A DNA stretch of 64,000 bases, from contig NC_068996.1 of NCBI RefSeq assembly GCF_001194135.2, positions 37,753,710 through 37,817,709 of the forward strand. The letters are read 5' to 3'. The translations under genes were made by a program, and so were the position numbers. The notes under the pieces were generated by a model. The model was not told the origin of the DNA and searched no databases. It saw only the letters and a list, made by a program, of their open reading frames with translations. This document shows positions 62,363 through 64,000 of this stretch, piece by piece (within the stretch, counting starts at the first letter, position 1; the number at the start of each line of letters is the position of its first letter). Source of the DNA: Octopus bimaculoides. Taxonomy: Eukaryota.

Positions 62363-62439
62363 CTGTAGTATGTCCTTCACTGTATTCAAAACTTTTAATC
62401 AGTGTTTTGTGTACAAATGTAAATTTCTGTGAATACCTA

Positions 62440-62730
62440 CATCTTTTATCTTACTTATATCAGTCACTGGACTGTGGCCATACTGGAGTACCATCTTCAA
62501 AGATTTTAGTCAAACAAATCAACCCTAGTACTCATTTATTAAACCTGGGACTTATTCTATCAATCTCTTTTACTGAACCACTAAGTTATAAGGACAGAGA
62601 CAAACCAACACCAGTTGTCAAGTGGTGGTGAGAGACAAACACAGACACACATACACACACTCACACACATATATATGCAGGGACTTCTTTCAGTATCCAT
62701 CTACCAAATCTATCCACAAGGCTTTATACA
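62440..62730 (-). mobile_element. SINE family A
   Basis: Reverse-complement family A motifs. Confidence 0.8.
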
Positions 62731-62929
62731 ATATTAAAAAGCTTTTAAAATCATACAGATTTTTATTTTCTACATTTGCATATTTGATGTTAAAATGTAT
62801 TTTTAGTTTACTGAAAACATGGCATCATTCACAATCATTTCTCCATAATCACTCTCTTTTCCCCACACTTTGTTGAGGAGTTGAATTTTTCATTCACAAT
62901 AACTGTGGATTGGAGTTATTATCATCATC

Positions 62930-63290
62930 CTTGCACATGTTCAGTCCACTGCTGGAAGAATGCCTCAGTATATTCTTTCCACCAACCAAAGACTAATGTT
63001 TTCCTCATCCATATTTAGGTGCTGAAGAATTTAACTAAGTCTTCATTCCAACTTCTGCATGGTCTTCCTCTCCTTTTTTCTGAACTTGGTGTCCACTCTG
63101 TCAATTTGCTATTCCATCTATTATCCTCTCTTCTAGACACATATCCCACAAAGAACATTTCAGAATTTTTATTTTCCAGATAATATCCATTAAACCTGTT
63201 GCCACTCTTATCCTGTTGTTTCTCTTCTTATCAATTTTGTTAATCTTCAACATTCCCCTTTCCATGGCTCTTAGAGTTGCTTTTCATTTA
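62930..63290 (-). mobile_element. RTE-clade LINE 3' fragment
   Basis: RAMERGMLKI...VGYVSRREDNRWNSKLTEWTPSSEKRRGRPCRSWNEDL. Confidence 0.8.
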
Positions 63291-63666
63291 TTTTCTAGCA
63301 GTGATCCCGCTCAGATGGTGCTGTTAGCGCTCCACTGGCACAGGTGCCAGTCATCGAATTTGGTTCAGTTTTGATCTTACTTGCCCCAACAGGTCTTCGC
63401 AAGCTGAGTTTAGTGTCCAATGAAGGAAGGTTGGCATGGGTGTCAGTCGTCGAATTTGTTTCAATTTCAATTTCGATTTCACTTGCTTTCGATTTCACTT
63501 GCCAATAACTTATTTGATCACTGAATATTTCATTAGTGATTGATTTACATACTAAGTCAGCAGGTCATAAGTGGAGTAACTAGTTTCAATACCTTCTTCC
63601 CACACTCAGCTCCATGCAAACATAATAATTGTCTGGCAGTTATTAAAATGTTGGATTCATTTTAAT

Positions 63667-63735
63667 CAGTGGTTCCCAACCTTTTCACTATCAAGGACCC
63701 CTTTTATTTATATGAGTTTTCCCACAGACACCTTT
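63667..63735 (+). mobile_element. hAT-Charlie-like MITE left end
   Basis: CAGTGGTTCCCAACCTTTT terminus, interrupted by a SINE. Confidence 0.55.
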
Positions 63736-63754
63736 TATTATATATTTTTTTCTT

Positions 63755-63879
63755 TCTTTTCTTTTACTTGCTTCAGTCATTTGACTGCAGTCATGCTGGA
63801 GCACCACTAAGTTACAAGGACATAAACACACCAGCATTGGTTGTCAAGCAATGTTGGGGGGACAAACACAGACACACAA

Positions 63880-63975
<96 letters not shown>

Positions 63976-64000
63976 TATATACGACGGGCTTCTTTCAGTT
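63755..64000 (-). mobile_element. SINE family A, continuing beyond the window, with long (CA)n
   Basis: Reverse-complement family A tail. Confidence 0.8.

Overview
AT-rich, microsatellite- and transposon-dense animal genomic DNA with five N-gaps, each flanked by microsatellites. The SINE/LINE landscape is one I recognise as octopus (probably Octopus bimaculoides; this is an inference). The only host gene found is on the + strand: eight coding exons (25899-55033, 930 nt, 310 aa, one continuous frame) encoding the F-BAR region of an FCHSD2 / Nervous wreck (nwk) orthologue. I found no exons for the N-terminal ~55 aa or the SH3 domains, so they probably lie outside the window or in gaps, and the rest of the window appears to be intronic. 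The introns hold dozens of SINEs from several families, LINE fossils (RTE, Tx1/L1, R4/Dong), DNA-transposon fossils (hAT-Buster/Charlie with both ends and a TSD, MULE, Chapaev3-like), MITEs and Penelope-like (PLE) pseudo-LTR remnants. The most interesting signals are RNA-level: (1) an apparently intact minimal type I hammerhead ribozyme in sense orientation inside the gene (21082-21139); (2) a tRNA-headed SINE-like element whose 3' part is a hammerhead (16500-16740, minus); (3) three PLE-like families with hammerhead core motifs in non-canonical order, possibly a discontinuous ribozyme built from two tandem repeats; (4) a clean 37-nt 5' fragment of elongator tRNA-Met captured in a (TA)n tract 43 nt upstream of an exon; (5) a candidate 12-nt neural microexon. 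Repeat boundaries are approximate unless termini or TSDs are quoted. Exon numbers and comparisons to human FCHSD2 come from memory and need confirming by alignment.
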